Source: Candidatus Dojkabacteria bacterium (GTDB taxonomy: Bacteria > Patescibacteriota > Dojkabacteria > JAHIVN01). From it: 64,000 nt of DNA. Both the position numbers and the translations under genes were made by a program. Shown here one piece after another: positions 40,648 through 50,275 of the stretch. Position 1 is the first letter of the stretch. Each line of letters starts with the position of its first letter. The DNA lies in NCBI GenBank assembly GCA_016932045.1, contig JAFGDO010000003.1, positions 12,115-76,114 of the forward strand. The letters are read 5' to 3'. A model generated the notes under the pieces. That model saw nothing but the letters and a program-made list of their open reading frames with translations. It ran no database searches and was not told where the DNA came from.

Positions 40648-41445
40648 ATGAATTCAAGTGATATCATTAAACTAAAACCCATTATTAGGGATTACTTATC
40701 GGGAGATATAACACAAACACAAGTAATCCGAAAGCTAAAAAAACAGGAGAGTGATACCTGGCACTTTGTCATGGATGATGATCGCATCCTCTTTAGGAAT
40801 CAAAACTCAAAAATTGTTATTAATACAAAAGTTGACTCTCCTTTTAGTACAGCAAAACAAGTGCCGGTAAACTACCGCGAAATAAATAATGAAAGCTTGA
40901 ACATAATTGCTGAAACAAAACTTTTAATACAAGATAGATTAGGCAACAAGAAGATTATTACTTTTTCTGGGACAGCAAGAAGACGTTTTGATGAAAAGAA
41001 AGCAAAAGAGGTAATCAAGAAGTTCTTAAATCAAATATCTCCTGATAAGTACATTGTTCTTACAGGAGGTTATCACAAAGGAATTCCACTTATTGCAGCG
41101 CAAGTCGCAAAAGATAATGGATTTAAAACCTTGGCTATATCACCACAAGTCATAAAAACCCTAAGAGGAAGAAAAAAATTGCAAGATCTTTATGATCTCG
41201 AAATCATAGAGGGAGAAGATTGGGGAGAAGAATCATTTTTATTATCCGGAGTATCCGATATCCTGGTGATTATTTGTGGAGGTTTTTGGACCAAATTAGA
41301 ATATACATACGCAAGAAAATTTAAGAAAAAAATCTTCCTTATTAAAAATTTAGGTGGTTTTTCTGAAGAAGAAGAAGAGCAAGGAAAGGATATTTTTCAC
41401 ATTTCCCCTTTACAAATCGGTGGTATAAGAGGTAAAATTGACTAA
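40648..41445 (+). CDS. SLOG/LOG-superfamily nucleotide-binding protein with N-terminal extension
   Basis: IITFSGT, VLTGGYHKGIP, DWGEESFLL, DILVIICGGFWTKLE, NLGGFS. Confidence 0.75.
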   Translation: MNSSDIIKLKPIIRDYLSGDITQTQVIRKLKKQESDTWHFVMDDDRILFRNQNSKIVINTKVDSPFSTAKQVPVNYREINNESLNIIAETKLLIQDRLGNKKIITFSGTARRRFDEKKAKEVIKKFLNQISPDKYIVLTGGYHKGIPLIAAQVAKDNGFKTLAISPQVIKTLRGRKKLQDLYDLEIIEGEDWGEESFLLSGVSDILVIICGGFWTKLEYTYARKFKKKIFLIKNLGGFSEEEEEQGKDIFHISPLQIGGIRGKID

Positions 41446-41477
41446 ACGTTATATATCACCTTTTATTATATATCACA

Positions 41478-42077
41478 ATGAAGGTATATTTCACAGGATC
41501 CATAACACATAAAAAGGAAAATAAAGACTGGTATACTAGGATAATACATATTCTAGAAAGCAATGGACATACACTCAATAAAGCTAATCTTAAAGTCGAC
41601 CCAAGCCAACTAAAGGAATATTCTGAGAATCAGATCGTGAAAACATACAAAAATATAATGAAATGGATAGATGAAGCTGATGTTGTCATAGCAGAACTCT
41701 CGAAGCATAGCAGTGGTGTCGGTTATGAAATCGCCTATGCACTGGATCAAAGGAAACCAGTTCTTGCTATATATAATAAAAAGCTGACTCCAAGTCCAGT
41801 ATCTATTCCTATTAGAGGAAACCCCTCTAGATATCTAGTATTCAAGGAGTGTGATGATAAAACTCTAGAAACAACCTTGAAAGAATTTCTAAGATCTTCG
41901 AAACAAAAACTAGATACTAAGTTCATTCTGATCATTTCTCCGGAGATAGATAGGTATCTTGAATGGGCTAGTGATTTTAAAAGAATGCATAAGGCACAAA
42001 TAGTGAGAAACGCTGTCGAGAACGATATGAATAGTGATAAAGATTACCGAGCTTTCTTAAAGGAAAAGACGAAATAA
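41478..42077 (+). CDS. Nucleoside 2-deoxyribosyltransferase-like domain fused to C-terminal ribbon-helix-helix (paralog of 39973..40560)
   Basis: MKVYFTGSI, ADVVIAELSKHSSGVGYEIAYA, KPVLAIY; near-identical C-terminal RHH segment. Confidence 0.82.
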   Translation: MKVYFTGSITHKKENKDWYTRIIHILESNGHTLNKANLKVDPSQLKEYSENQIVKTYKNIMKWIDEADVVIAELSKHSSGVGYEIAYALDQRKPVLAIYNKKLTPSPVSIPIRGNPSRYLVFKECDDKTLETTLKEFLRSSKQKLDTKFILIISPEIDRYLEWASDFKRMHKAQIVRNAVENDMNSDKDYRAFLKEKTK

Positions 42078-42130
42078 CCCTTCATCATAGAACCTAAATT
42101 CGGGTCGATACAATACTAACCTGACACTCA

Positions 42131-43060
42131 TCATTTTATTTTGTACCCCTGTCCACCGTATTCCTCTACACTTTTAGCTGCAAGTCTAGCACCGATTTTA
42201 CAAGATTCTTTAATGTCTTTCCCTTCAATAAGTCCCGCTATAAGTCCAGCTCTATAGGCATCTCCTGCACCTGTGGTTTCAATGACCTCACGTGGTTTTA
42301 CCCCCTCAATATCTACTCTTTTGTTTACCGAGTAAATACTACTCCCCTTTTCACCTTTTGTCTCAATCACATACTCAATTCCAAGTGAAAGTAAATCTTT
42401 AGTAGAGAGCTTATGCAGCCTATTTAATTCCCAAAGCTCTATCTCGTTTGATATAAATATATTACTTAATGAAATACACTCTTCGAGTTCGACCTTTGAG
42501 AATCGTGGAATATTTACACCTATATCAAGTATAACAGTGGCCTTCTTATTTAATCTTCTGAACTCTCTTATAGTATTCAATGTAGCTGTATTTGTAAGGG
42601 CAGAAAATATTGCAATCTTAATCCCACCCAGCTCAGCCTTTGAAAGCGTCTCAAAAAGAGATACATCATCTGACCTCTCTCCATAATAGTTAGCTTGAAA
42701 AACTTGAATTTGTTGATGGAGATCGTCAGAGATAATATAGGCTTTAGCGCTTTCAGATAACTTGGGTCCGATGATCGGTTTGCAAATTATCCCTTTATCT
42801 TCAAGATACTGCTGATAATTATCCTTAAAGTCTATTCCAGCCACTGAAAAAATGATGGGATTCTTACCAAGCAGAGAAAGTCCATAGGCCATATTCCCCG
42901 CAGTTCCTCCATAATAATACTGAGATTTACGAGCGAGAAATGTCATGTTCACACTTCTTATTTTTCCTCTTTTAAGTGGAATTTCTTTGCGCATATCCCC
43001 CTGGATCGGGAATAAAATATCGAAGGCAATTGTACCAACAATTAATATATTTCTTTTCAT
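42131..43060 (-). CDS. PfkB-family kinase, nucleoside/adenosine kinase-like
   Basis: VGTIAFD, GGTAGNMAY, ETKGEKGS, ETTGAGDAYRAG. Confidence 0.88.
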   Translation of the reverse strand: MKRNILIVGTIAFDILFPIQGDMRKEIPLKRGKIRSVNMTFLARKSQYYYGGTAGNMAYGLSLLGKNPIIFSVAGIDFKDNYQQYLEDKGIICKPIIGPKLSESAKAYIISDDLHQQIQVFQANYYGERSDDVSLFETLSKAELGGIKIAIFSALTNTATLNTIREFRRLNKKATVILDIGVNIPRFSKVELEECISLSNIFISNEIELWELNRLHKLSTKDLLSLGIEYVIETKGEKGSSIYSVNKRVDIEGVKPREVIETTGAGDAYRAGLIAGLIEGKDIKESCKIGARLAAKSVEEYGGQGYKIK

Positions 43061-43180
43061 TTCATAATGGTAACTGGATTAATTATATCTAAACAAAGAT
43101 ATTATTTAAACATTTAAAATTAGACAGAAATAATCAGGTAGGACACATTTTATATTGGTAATAGATTTACGAAACACCTC

Positions 43181-43209
43181 TTGACAAATTTCAAAAAACT
43201 ATTTATATT
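43181..43209 (+). promoter_or_regulatory. Sigma70 promoter with no downstream + strand ORF
   Basis: TTGACA-17 nt-TATATT. Confidence 0.65.
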
Positions 43210-43215
43210 ATTTTC

Positions 43216-43359
43216 AGGAATTCCTATCGCCAAGGAAGTTTCTCGAGAGCGACCAGACGCGATGTGCACACCAGACTTGTTTAGCTTCGGCTAAATGAGT
43301 CTTACGAGGATAACATTTGTTTGTGAGTGTATTCTCTCAATCGATGTTATCCTCTTTTT
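43216..43359 (+). ncRNA. Candidate ~145-nt structured small RNA of unknown family
   Basis: Promoter upstream; hairpins at 43216..43243, 43273..43302 (cTTCGg tetraloop) and 43306..43354 followed by TTTTT. Confidence 0.55.
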
Positions 43360-43527
43360 AATTATATAGCTCTATATTCCCCAATCCTGAGCTCCTGAGA
43401 TGAGTTTATCGCATCTTGTCTATAGAATAGAGAAATCGTAGAGATACATCTCGTAAAATCTCGTTGAGACAAGCATAGCAAATTTTCTACGGGATAAAAA
43501 TACTCGAAGCTTTATACACTAACAGCC

Positions 43528-45588
43528 TTAAGTGGTTATTGGCCTAGTCTGAAGTAGATAGATCTTTTTCCCCTTTATCGCCCACTCTATATCACACGAC
43601 AATTCAAACGCCTCCTCTACTCTTTTCCCTAAATTGGTCAAGTTCAAAATCTGAGAAGTAGTAAGAAGCTCCTTTGAGGATCCTTCCTTATTCATGATTC
43701 TCCCTGTTTCTTTTGATACAGTATATGTCACTGGAGTCACCTCTCCTGACACTACATTTTCACCAATTCCTTTTGCCGCCTCAATAATCATAATATCCTT
43801 CTTACCTTCCAAATCTTTCGTAAATATTACTCCAGCCTTATCAGCATCAACCATCCCTTGTATTATGACAGCCATCTTGACCTTTTTAATGTCTATCCCG
43901 TGTTTTACTGCATAAACAACGGCACCAGCTCTAAAGAGCGACGCCCAGCATCTTCTAACAGATTCAAATAATGTTTCCTTATCATCTACAAATAAAAATG
44001 ATTGAAACTGACCGGCAAAAGAGGCTTTTACGCTGTCTTCACAGGTAGCAGAAGACCTGACTGATACTTTTCCATATTCTGCTTTTAACTTTTTAAAAGC
44101 TTCCAGAATTTCAGATTTAAGTTTATTGTTAATCTTTCCTGAAAGTATTTTCTTCTTTAACAATTCTTCACTATCCCCTAAATTTTCAACATCTATCTTG
44201 ACAAGCTCTTGTTCTATATATTTATCTATTCTATTTTCCTTTAAGAACTCGCTGAATGCCTCAGTTGTAGCAACATATGCAGCGGGAACATTTTCCCCAA
44301 GCTGCATTAACCCTATTAGATTAAAAGCTTTCGCTCCTACCAAATCCAACTTTGCCTTCAGACCTTCCAGCCAGAGTACCCTACTTGATGAGCCCAATGA
44401 AGTTATAGCCTGTCCTGACGGATAAATTTTACCTACATCTGCATCGACAACCACCCTCATTCCGTTCTTTAACTTTTTTGATGCATCTTGAGTCCCAACT
44501 ATACATGGTATCTTGCATTCTTTGGCTATAGTCGAAATATGAGCAGTAATGCCACCTGTATCCGTTATTAATGCTTTTATTTTACCTATTACCGGGATAT
44601 CCTCCCCCATAAGTTCCGAAGGCAAAACTAATACTGCTCCCGGTTGAACTTCCTTTAATTCCTTCAACTCTTTAACAATCTTAACTATACCTTCAACCCT
44701 GCCTTTATTCACAACGATTCCATTCACAAGAGCTGACTTGTCAAATTTTTTCTTACTTGGTACATCAAGATTTAAACCCGATCTTTCCTGTAACTCATAC
44801 ATATCAATAAACCCATCCCTCCTTATCATATACTCAATCTCAACCGAGGTATTATGATAAGTCGCAGCCTTAAATGCATTCTCTGCTAACCTTTTGACTT
44901 CATTATCTGTTAAGGAAGGATTTTTTCTTACAGATTTGCTTATTGCTCTCTTTACTTTATCACCATTCTTGAAGTAGTAGCCCTTTTTCTTTTCGCGTAT
45001 TACTTTATGTACTATCTTTCCTTTTCTATTTACCCAGTACGAGTCAAAATCGTCCTCACCAACTGCTATCAAGTGAACATCACCCCAGCATACCTCAACT
45101 ACACATAAATTAGACTTCTCAGGATCAACGATTATTATTCCGGATTTTTCAGCCTCTACTCTTCCCATAATTATAAGCCCAAGCTCAAACCAATCAATAT
45201 TATTCTCTTTTGCAAAATCCTCTCCAGCCTTATAAGCTTGCTTAATACCTGTCAACACCTGTTTTTGATTCTTTAGATCTCGAAAGGCGGGGAGAGACCT
45301 AGGATTTTCATACCCTGAAAAACGAAAGCACGTTCTTACAGTTATCTTTGAAAACTTCTTTATAAGCTTTTTTACAACAGGAGCTAATTCGCTTTTTAGT
45401 GACTCTGGAAACTTCTTTTCCTTCAGTAGCGAAATGTAAAGCTTAGGAGAGATAATATAAGCATCAGCCCCAGGAAGATCTGCATTTCTGAGCTCAACCG
45501 TTCCTTCTAACTTCTTAGTTCGAAAGTTATCAATATTAAAGTAGTCAAAATTCTTTTTTAAGGGGAATATAAATTTTCTCTTCATCAC
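43528..45588 (-). CDS. PEP synthase/PPDK-related dikinase: degenerate ATP-grasp, phospho-His domain, complete ATP-grasp; no PEP/pyruvate barrel
   Basis: TDTGGITAHISTIAKE; VGAKAFNL, VSVRSSATCED, SFAGQF, DIEWAI, LLQTRPITT at the very C-terminus; N-terminal paralogous ITVRTC...EIEYM...ELQER. Confidence 0.82.
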   Translation of the reverse strand: MMKRKFIFPLKKNFDYFNIDNFRTKKLEGTVELRNADLPGADAYIISPKLYISLLKEKKFPESLKSELAPVVKKLIKKFSKITVRTCFRFSGYENPRSLPAFRDLKNQKQVLTGIKQAYKAGEDFAKENNIDWFELGLIIMGRVEAEKSGIIIVDPEKSNLCVVEVCWGDVHLIAVGEDDFDSYWVNRKGKIVHKVIREKKKGYYFKNGDKVKRAISKSVRKNPSLTDNEVKRLAENAFKAATYHNTSVEIEYMIRRDGFIDMYELQERSGLNLDVPSKKKFDKSALVNGIVVNKGRVEGIVKIVKELKELKEVQPGAVLVLPSELMGEDIPVIGKIKALITDTGGITAHISTIAKECKIPCIVGTQDASKKLKNGMRVVVDADVGKIYPSGQAITSLGSSSRVLWLEGLKAKLDLVGAKAFNLIGLMQLGENVPAAYVATTEAFSEFLKENRIDKYIEQELVKIDVENLGDSEELLKKKILSGKINNKLKSEILEAFKKLKAEYGKVSVRSSATCEDSVKASFAGQFQSFLFVDDKETLFESVRRCWASLFRAGAVVYAVKHGIDIKKVKMAVIIQGMVDADKAGVIFTKDLEGKKDIMIIEAAKGIGENVVSGEVTPVTYTVSKETGRIMNKEGSSKELLTTSQILNLTNLGKRVEEAFELSCDIEWAIKGKKIYLLQTRPITT

Positions 45589-45656
45589 AACTGGTATTTT
45601 ATCTGATGCATACCTAAATCACAAGAGGTAAACAAAGCATATACTACTGCATAGAA

Positions 45657-46310
45657 TTAACTTAAAATCCCAATTTGTGAATTCTCCTTCCTCTTCTCTT
45701 CACGCCGCTTTTCTAACCTCGTCTTTATATCGGATTTGGGAATATCGAGCACATTGATACTATCTTGTTTACCATCTAGTATTTCTCTCAGTATCTTCAT
45801 ATCTGCAAGCATAACCTCACGGAAACTTCCATTGTAAAGTGCAACCGCAGGATGATACATCACAACAAAAACACGATCCCACTTTTTATACGCTTTACCA
45901 TGTACTTGTGAAATCTTAAAGCTAGGGAAGAACTTTGCCATTGCAAAACGTCCAAGAAGTATAAATACTTTTGGTCGAATAATTTTAATCAGCTCATTTG
46001 TCCAAGGTTTACATGCCTTTATCTCGTCGTCCTGCGGATCCCTATTTCCAGGAGGACGGCATTTCACGATATTAGTAATAAATACATTCTCGCGTTTAAG
46101 GTCAATCGAAGCAAGCATCTCTTCAAGAAACTTGCCTGCCGCTCCACAAAATGGAATTCCCTCTTTGTCCTCACTAGCGCCCGGAGCCTCTCCAATAAAC
46201 ATAATCTCCGCCTTCGGATTACCATCTCCCGGAACTACTTGGGTAGCCGACTTACGAAGCCGACAACTCTTGCATTTCTTACATTTTGTTATGTATTCTT
46301 TATATGTCAT
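45657..46310 (-). CDS. Uracil-DNA glycosylase family 4 (Fe-S)
   Basis: [33 protein letters not shown]. Confidence 0.93.
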   Translation of the reverse strand: MTYKEYITKCKKCKSCRLRKSATQVVPGDGNPKAEIMFIGEAPGASEDKEGIPFCGAAGKFLEEMLASIDLKRENVFITNIVKCRPPGNRDPQDDEIKACKPWTNELIKIIRPKVFILLGRFAMAKFFPSFKISQVHGKAYKKWDRVFVVMYHPAVALYNGSFREVMLADMKILREILDGKQDSINVLDIPKSDIKTRLEKRREEKRKENSQIGILS

Positions 46311-46386
46311 TGCATATCAACTATCCAAAATAGAACTTAGTTCCGCATTTTCAGTCATCAGTTATGAGGAAATAGAATGTGCTTTA

Positions 46387-47874
46387 TTAGTTTAGCTCAA
46401 ACGTCTTTCTAAAATGGTAGCCGTAAATTGCGAAGGTCAACGCAGATGGAAAGACCTTGGGCCTTGTTAACAAGGCCCAAAAAAATAACTTCCAATAATA
46501 CCTCCTTGCTCTCTCTCTTATTCCCAGGATCCAAATGGATTTGAATAATGCTTTTAGGTGAGACATGCTGATTTGTGCTTTCCTTTTGGAATTATAGAAT
46601 TTATCACGAACCTTCAGATAATTCTTTACTCTTTCGTAATATTCTTTCGGGGAGTAGATAGTGTTTACAATTTTTTTGTATCCTTCTACCAACTTCTCCA
46701 TCTTCATCTTTGGTTTAAAGTTAATAGAAAAATCCGTGTTGCATCCCGTAGGCTTACTTAGTATTCTTCCCTCTTTTTTGAGTCTTTGATAAAGACGTGT
46801 CCCTTGAATTGCATTCAGAAGTCCAACCATCGCGACAACAACACCACTTTTCTGAATGAAGTTAATCTGTCTTTGGAAGATAGACGGACTGTCATTGTCA
46901 AAGCCGACTATAAAACCACCCTGTACTTGCAAACCACTTTCTTGAATTTTTTTCACCGAAGAAATAAGGCTGCGATTAGTATTCTGGAATTTCCCGCACT
47001 CTGCTAGACTCTCCTCACTTGGAGTTTCTATCCCAATAAAAACTGTACTAAAACCTGCTTCAACCATGAGTTTCATCAATTCGGAATCATCAGCAAGATT
47101 TATAGAAGCTTCGGTATTAAACGAAAATGGGTGTTCCTTTTTTTCCATCCACGAAATGATTGCTGGAAGAATTTCTTTTTTTAATTTATATTGATTGCCA
47201 ATAAAATTATCGTCAACAAAAAACACCTGCCCACGCCATCCAATGTTATACAACATATTTAATTCTTTAATAATTTGTCCCTTATCCTTACATCTCTGCA
47301 CCCTACCATAGATGCGAGTTATATCACAAAAATCACAGTTAAATGGACAGCCGCGCGTGTATTGGATACTTAAAGAGGCATACCTGTCTACATCAATAAG
47401 GCTCCAATCAGGTACAGGAACCTTACTCATCATAGGTCTTATCTTGCTTTTATAAATTCTCTTAGGTGTCCCCTTCTCAAGATCCTTTACGAGCCTTGGC
47501 ATGATATCTTCTGATTCTCCAATAACAAATGTTTGAACGAATTTTTCATATTCACTGTATCCACTAGAAAAATGTGGACCTCCTACGACCACTTTCTTAC
47601 CAAGTTTTTTACATTTCTTTACTACATGCATCAGAGAATCTTTCTGAACAACCATTGCACTCACCAAAACATAATCAGCCCAGCTTATGTCTCTAGTCTT
47701 TAATCTGTCCATATTCATGTCAACTAATCTTTTCTCCCACTTCTTGGGTAGAAAAGCTGCTATTGTAAGTAGCCCTAATGGAGGAAATGCAGCACTTTTT
47801 GAGATAAACGACAGTGCGTGTCTAAAACTCCAAAAAGTATCGGGATAGCGGGGATATACAAGAAGAATTTTCAT
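46387..47874 (-). CDS. B12-binding radical SAM protein (DUF4070-type C-terminus)
   Basis: [36 protein letters not shown]. Confidence 0.92.
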   Translation of the reverse strand: MKILLVYPRYPDTFWSFRHALSFISKSAAFPPLGLLTIAAFLPKKWEKRLVDMNMDRLKTRDISWADYVLVSAMVVQKDSLMHVVKKCKKLGKKVVVGGPHFSSGYSEYEKFVQTFVIGESEDIMPRLVKDLEKGTPKRIYKSKIRPMMSKVPVPDWSLIDVDRYASLSIQYTRGCPFNCDFCDITRIYGRVQRCKDKGQIIKELNMLYNIGWRGQVFFVDDNFIGNQYKLKKEILPAIISWMEKKEHPFSFNTEASINLADDSELMKLMVEAGFSTVFIGIETPSEESLAECGKFQNTNRSLISSVKKIQESGLQVQGGFIVGFDNDSPSIFQRQINFIQKSGVVVAMVGLLNAIQGTRLYQRLKKEGRILSKPTGCNTDFSINFKPKMKMEKLVEGYKKIVNTIYSPKEYYERVKNYLKVRDKFYNSKRKAQISMSHLKALFKSIWILGIRERARRYYWKLFFWALLTRPKVFPSALTFAIYGYHFRKTFELN

Positions 47875-48093
47875 CTTTGCAGTAGTTAATTTTAGTTCAA
47901 CTCTTACAGTTTATATCAGTTTAGGATAAGAATCAACCCGGCACTTTATCGATGTAAAGAATTTATGCTTGAGCACTCTACTGTAGTAAAGTATTGGGCT
48001 TGATTTTTATCCATAGCTATTTAGTCAAATAGCTATAAGCCGATAACTGGGTGTTGAAAGCTGTAGGCAGACGGTTAAAAGATAGGAAGCTAC

Positions 48094-49293
48094 TTAAGAA
48101 TAAACTCCAATATCTGCAGGTAAGTATTCTCTAAAGTTCTCCGAAGTAAGAGTAAACTTCTCCCCCTTACCCTGAACGATTTTCATTGCAACTTTACGGC
48201 AGATAGTTGTAATATTCCTCTCGAGCTGCCTGACGCCTGCATCAAATCCTAATGGTCGGATGACAAGAGGCCAGGTACTTTCTTTTATATCAAGCTGATC
48301 CTGCTTAAGTCCGCACGCTTTCATAACCTTTGGCAAAAGATAGTGCCTTCCGATCTGCTCCTTCTCTTCATCCGAGTAACTAGGGAATCGTATAATCTCT
48401 AGCCTGTCAAGAAGAGCTGCGGATAAAGTAGATAATGTATTTGCGGTACATATGAATAAAACCCTTGAGAGATCAACAGGATAATCAATGTATGAATCTA
48501 TAAAAGATGGGTTCTGTTCTGGATCAAGAATTTCAAGAAGAGATGCGTTTATATCTGCTCTCCGGCCTTCTGCAGCACTCACCTTATCTATCTCATCAAG
48601 AAGAATTAGGGGATTCATGACTCCTGTCCTGCACAAAGCCTTTATCACCTGTCCTGGCTCAGCATCCAGAAATGCACGCGACTGACCCTTAAGATCAGTT
48701 ACACTTCCCATTGCTCCAAGTGATATTCGGACAAATTTTCGGCCAAGAGCATGGGCTATAGATTTAGCCATACTGGTTTTTCCAATTCCCTGGATACCTA
48801 CAAAACACAGAATCGGAGCATGCTGTTCGACTTTTTTCATCTCCTTCATCTTTTCAAAACCACCTTCTCCTCCTTCTGATGTTATCTCATCAAAAGGATT
48901 CAACGTTGCAACAGCGAGAAACTCAAGAATTCTTTCCTTGACTGATAGTAAACCATAGTGGTTTCTATCAAGAACATCCCTTGCATTTCCAAGGTCCAAA
49001 TTATCTTTACTTAAACTACCCCATGGAATAGTTATAATCCAGTCAACGTACTTTTCGATCAGTTCATACTCACCGCTATAACTCCCAAACTTTGCCATTC
49101 TTCGTAACCTGCCAACCATTTTTAAAGCTTTTTCCCTAAGAGTTTCCGGCAGGTCAGCTTTCATAAGCTTGCTTGCAAGCTCCTCAATCTCGACTAACTC
49201 CTCCGTTTCAATATCAATTGAAGTGTTTGCTTGAGACTGCTGTATCTTCTTTATATCGGCTACTTTTTGTGGTGTTTTCTTTATCTGCTCCAA
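48094..49293 (-). CDS. Lon-like AAA+ protein lacking the C-terminal protease domain and most of the N domain
   Basis: LDRNHYGLLSVKERILEFL, GIQGIGKTS, LLDEIDK, LLEILDPEQN, GVRQLERNI; stops immediately after the AAA lid. Confidence 0.88.
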   Translation of the reverse strand: MEQIKKTPQKVADIKKIQQSQANTSIDIETEELVEIEELASKLMKADLPETLREKALKMVGRLRRMAKFGSYSGEYELIEKYVDWIITIPWGSLSKDNLDLGNARDVLDRNHYGLLSVKERILEFLAVATLNPFDEITSEGGEGGFEKMKEMKKVEQHAPILCFVGIQGIGKTSMAKSIAHALGRKFVRISLGAMGSVTDLKGQSRAFLDAEPGQVIKALCRTGVMNPLILLDEIDKVSAAEGRRADINASLLEILDPEQNPSFIDSYIDYPVDLSRVLFICTANTLSTLSAALLDRLEIIRFPSYSDEEKEQIGRHYLLPKVMKACGLKQDQLDIKESTWPLVIRPLGFDAGVRQLERNITTICRKVAMKIVQGKGEKFTLTSENFREYLPADIGVYS

Positions 49294-49460
49294 TTTAGAA
49301 CTTTAAATAATTAAGTCAAAGCAAATAAATTCTACTTGATCGCATATAATTAACGAATAAGTGGAATTTTTAGCTAAGAATAATATACAGAAGGAGTGAA
49401 AATTGTGCAAATGTGTAGTAAAATTGAGACACAAGAAGCTTAAACTTGGATACAGTATTA

Positions 49461-50155
49461 ATGAATAAGAAAACAAATCTTGGAAAATTATTTATTGTTG
49501 GAACTCCAATAGGAAACCTTCAGGATACAACTCTACGTGCTATAAAAATTTTAAAGGAAGCAGACTTTATCCTGGCAGAAGACACAAGGAAAACTAGCGT
49601 TTTACTGCGGAATTTCAATATTGGCACTCCTATGATTTCGTATAGAGATCAAAATCACAAGAGAGTATTTTCAAAAATCCTAAGTCTTCTATCTGAGGGA
49701 AAAAACCTTGCCCTTGTATCTGATAGCGGCACTCCAGTAATTTCAGATCCTGGATTTAAACTAATCAAAGAACTTAGAGAATCGGATTTGATATCGTGTC
49801 TATACCAGGACCATCTGCTATAACCTCAGCGCTCTGTATCTCAGGTTTACCTACCGACAACTTCACTTTTTTAGGATTCCTCCCTAAGGGATCAGGAAAA
49901 AGAGAAAAGCTACTTAAGACTTTCGGCAGTCTAGAAACAACTCTCGTACTATACGAGTCACCCTTCCGAGTAAAAAAACTTCTTTCACAAATAGAGAAAA
50001 GCCTTGGGGGAGATAGGATGATATTCGTAGCAAATGAGCTTACAAAAAAGTTTGAAAAGGTATGGAGAGGTCGCGTCTGCAACATCAAAACACAAATAGA
50101 AGAAATCACTCCTAAAGGAGAATTTACAATACTAGTTTCAAAAGAAGGATTTTAA
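49461..50155 (+). pseudogene. rsmI: 16S rRNA C1402 2'-O-methyltransferase RsmI split by a 1-nt frameshift
   Basis: TPIGNLQD, AEDTR, SDSGTPVISDPG in one frame; GFDIVSIPGPSA, YESPFR, ELTKKFE, KGEF in the -1 frame that opens after 49777. Confidence 0.88.
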
Positions 50156-50275
50156 AGGTACACATTTCTTGACCAAGATGTTTGTTAATTGTACACGAAT
50201 TTCGACTAATGCCCGGACATCGGCACTATTAGCAGGAGATATTTCCGGAAAATCCCTAAAGAATCTTCAATGTTA

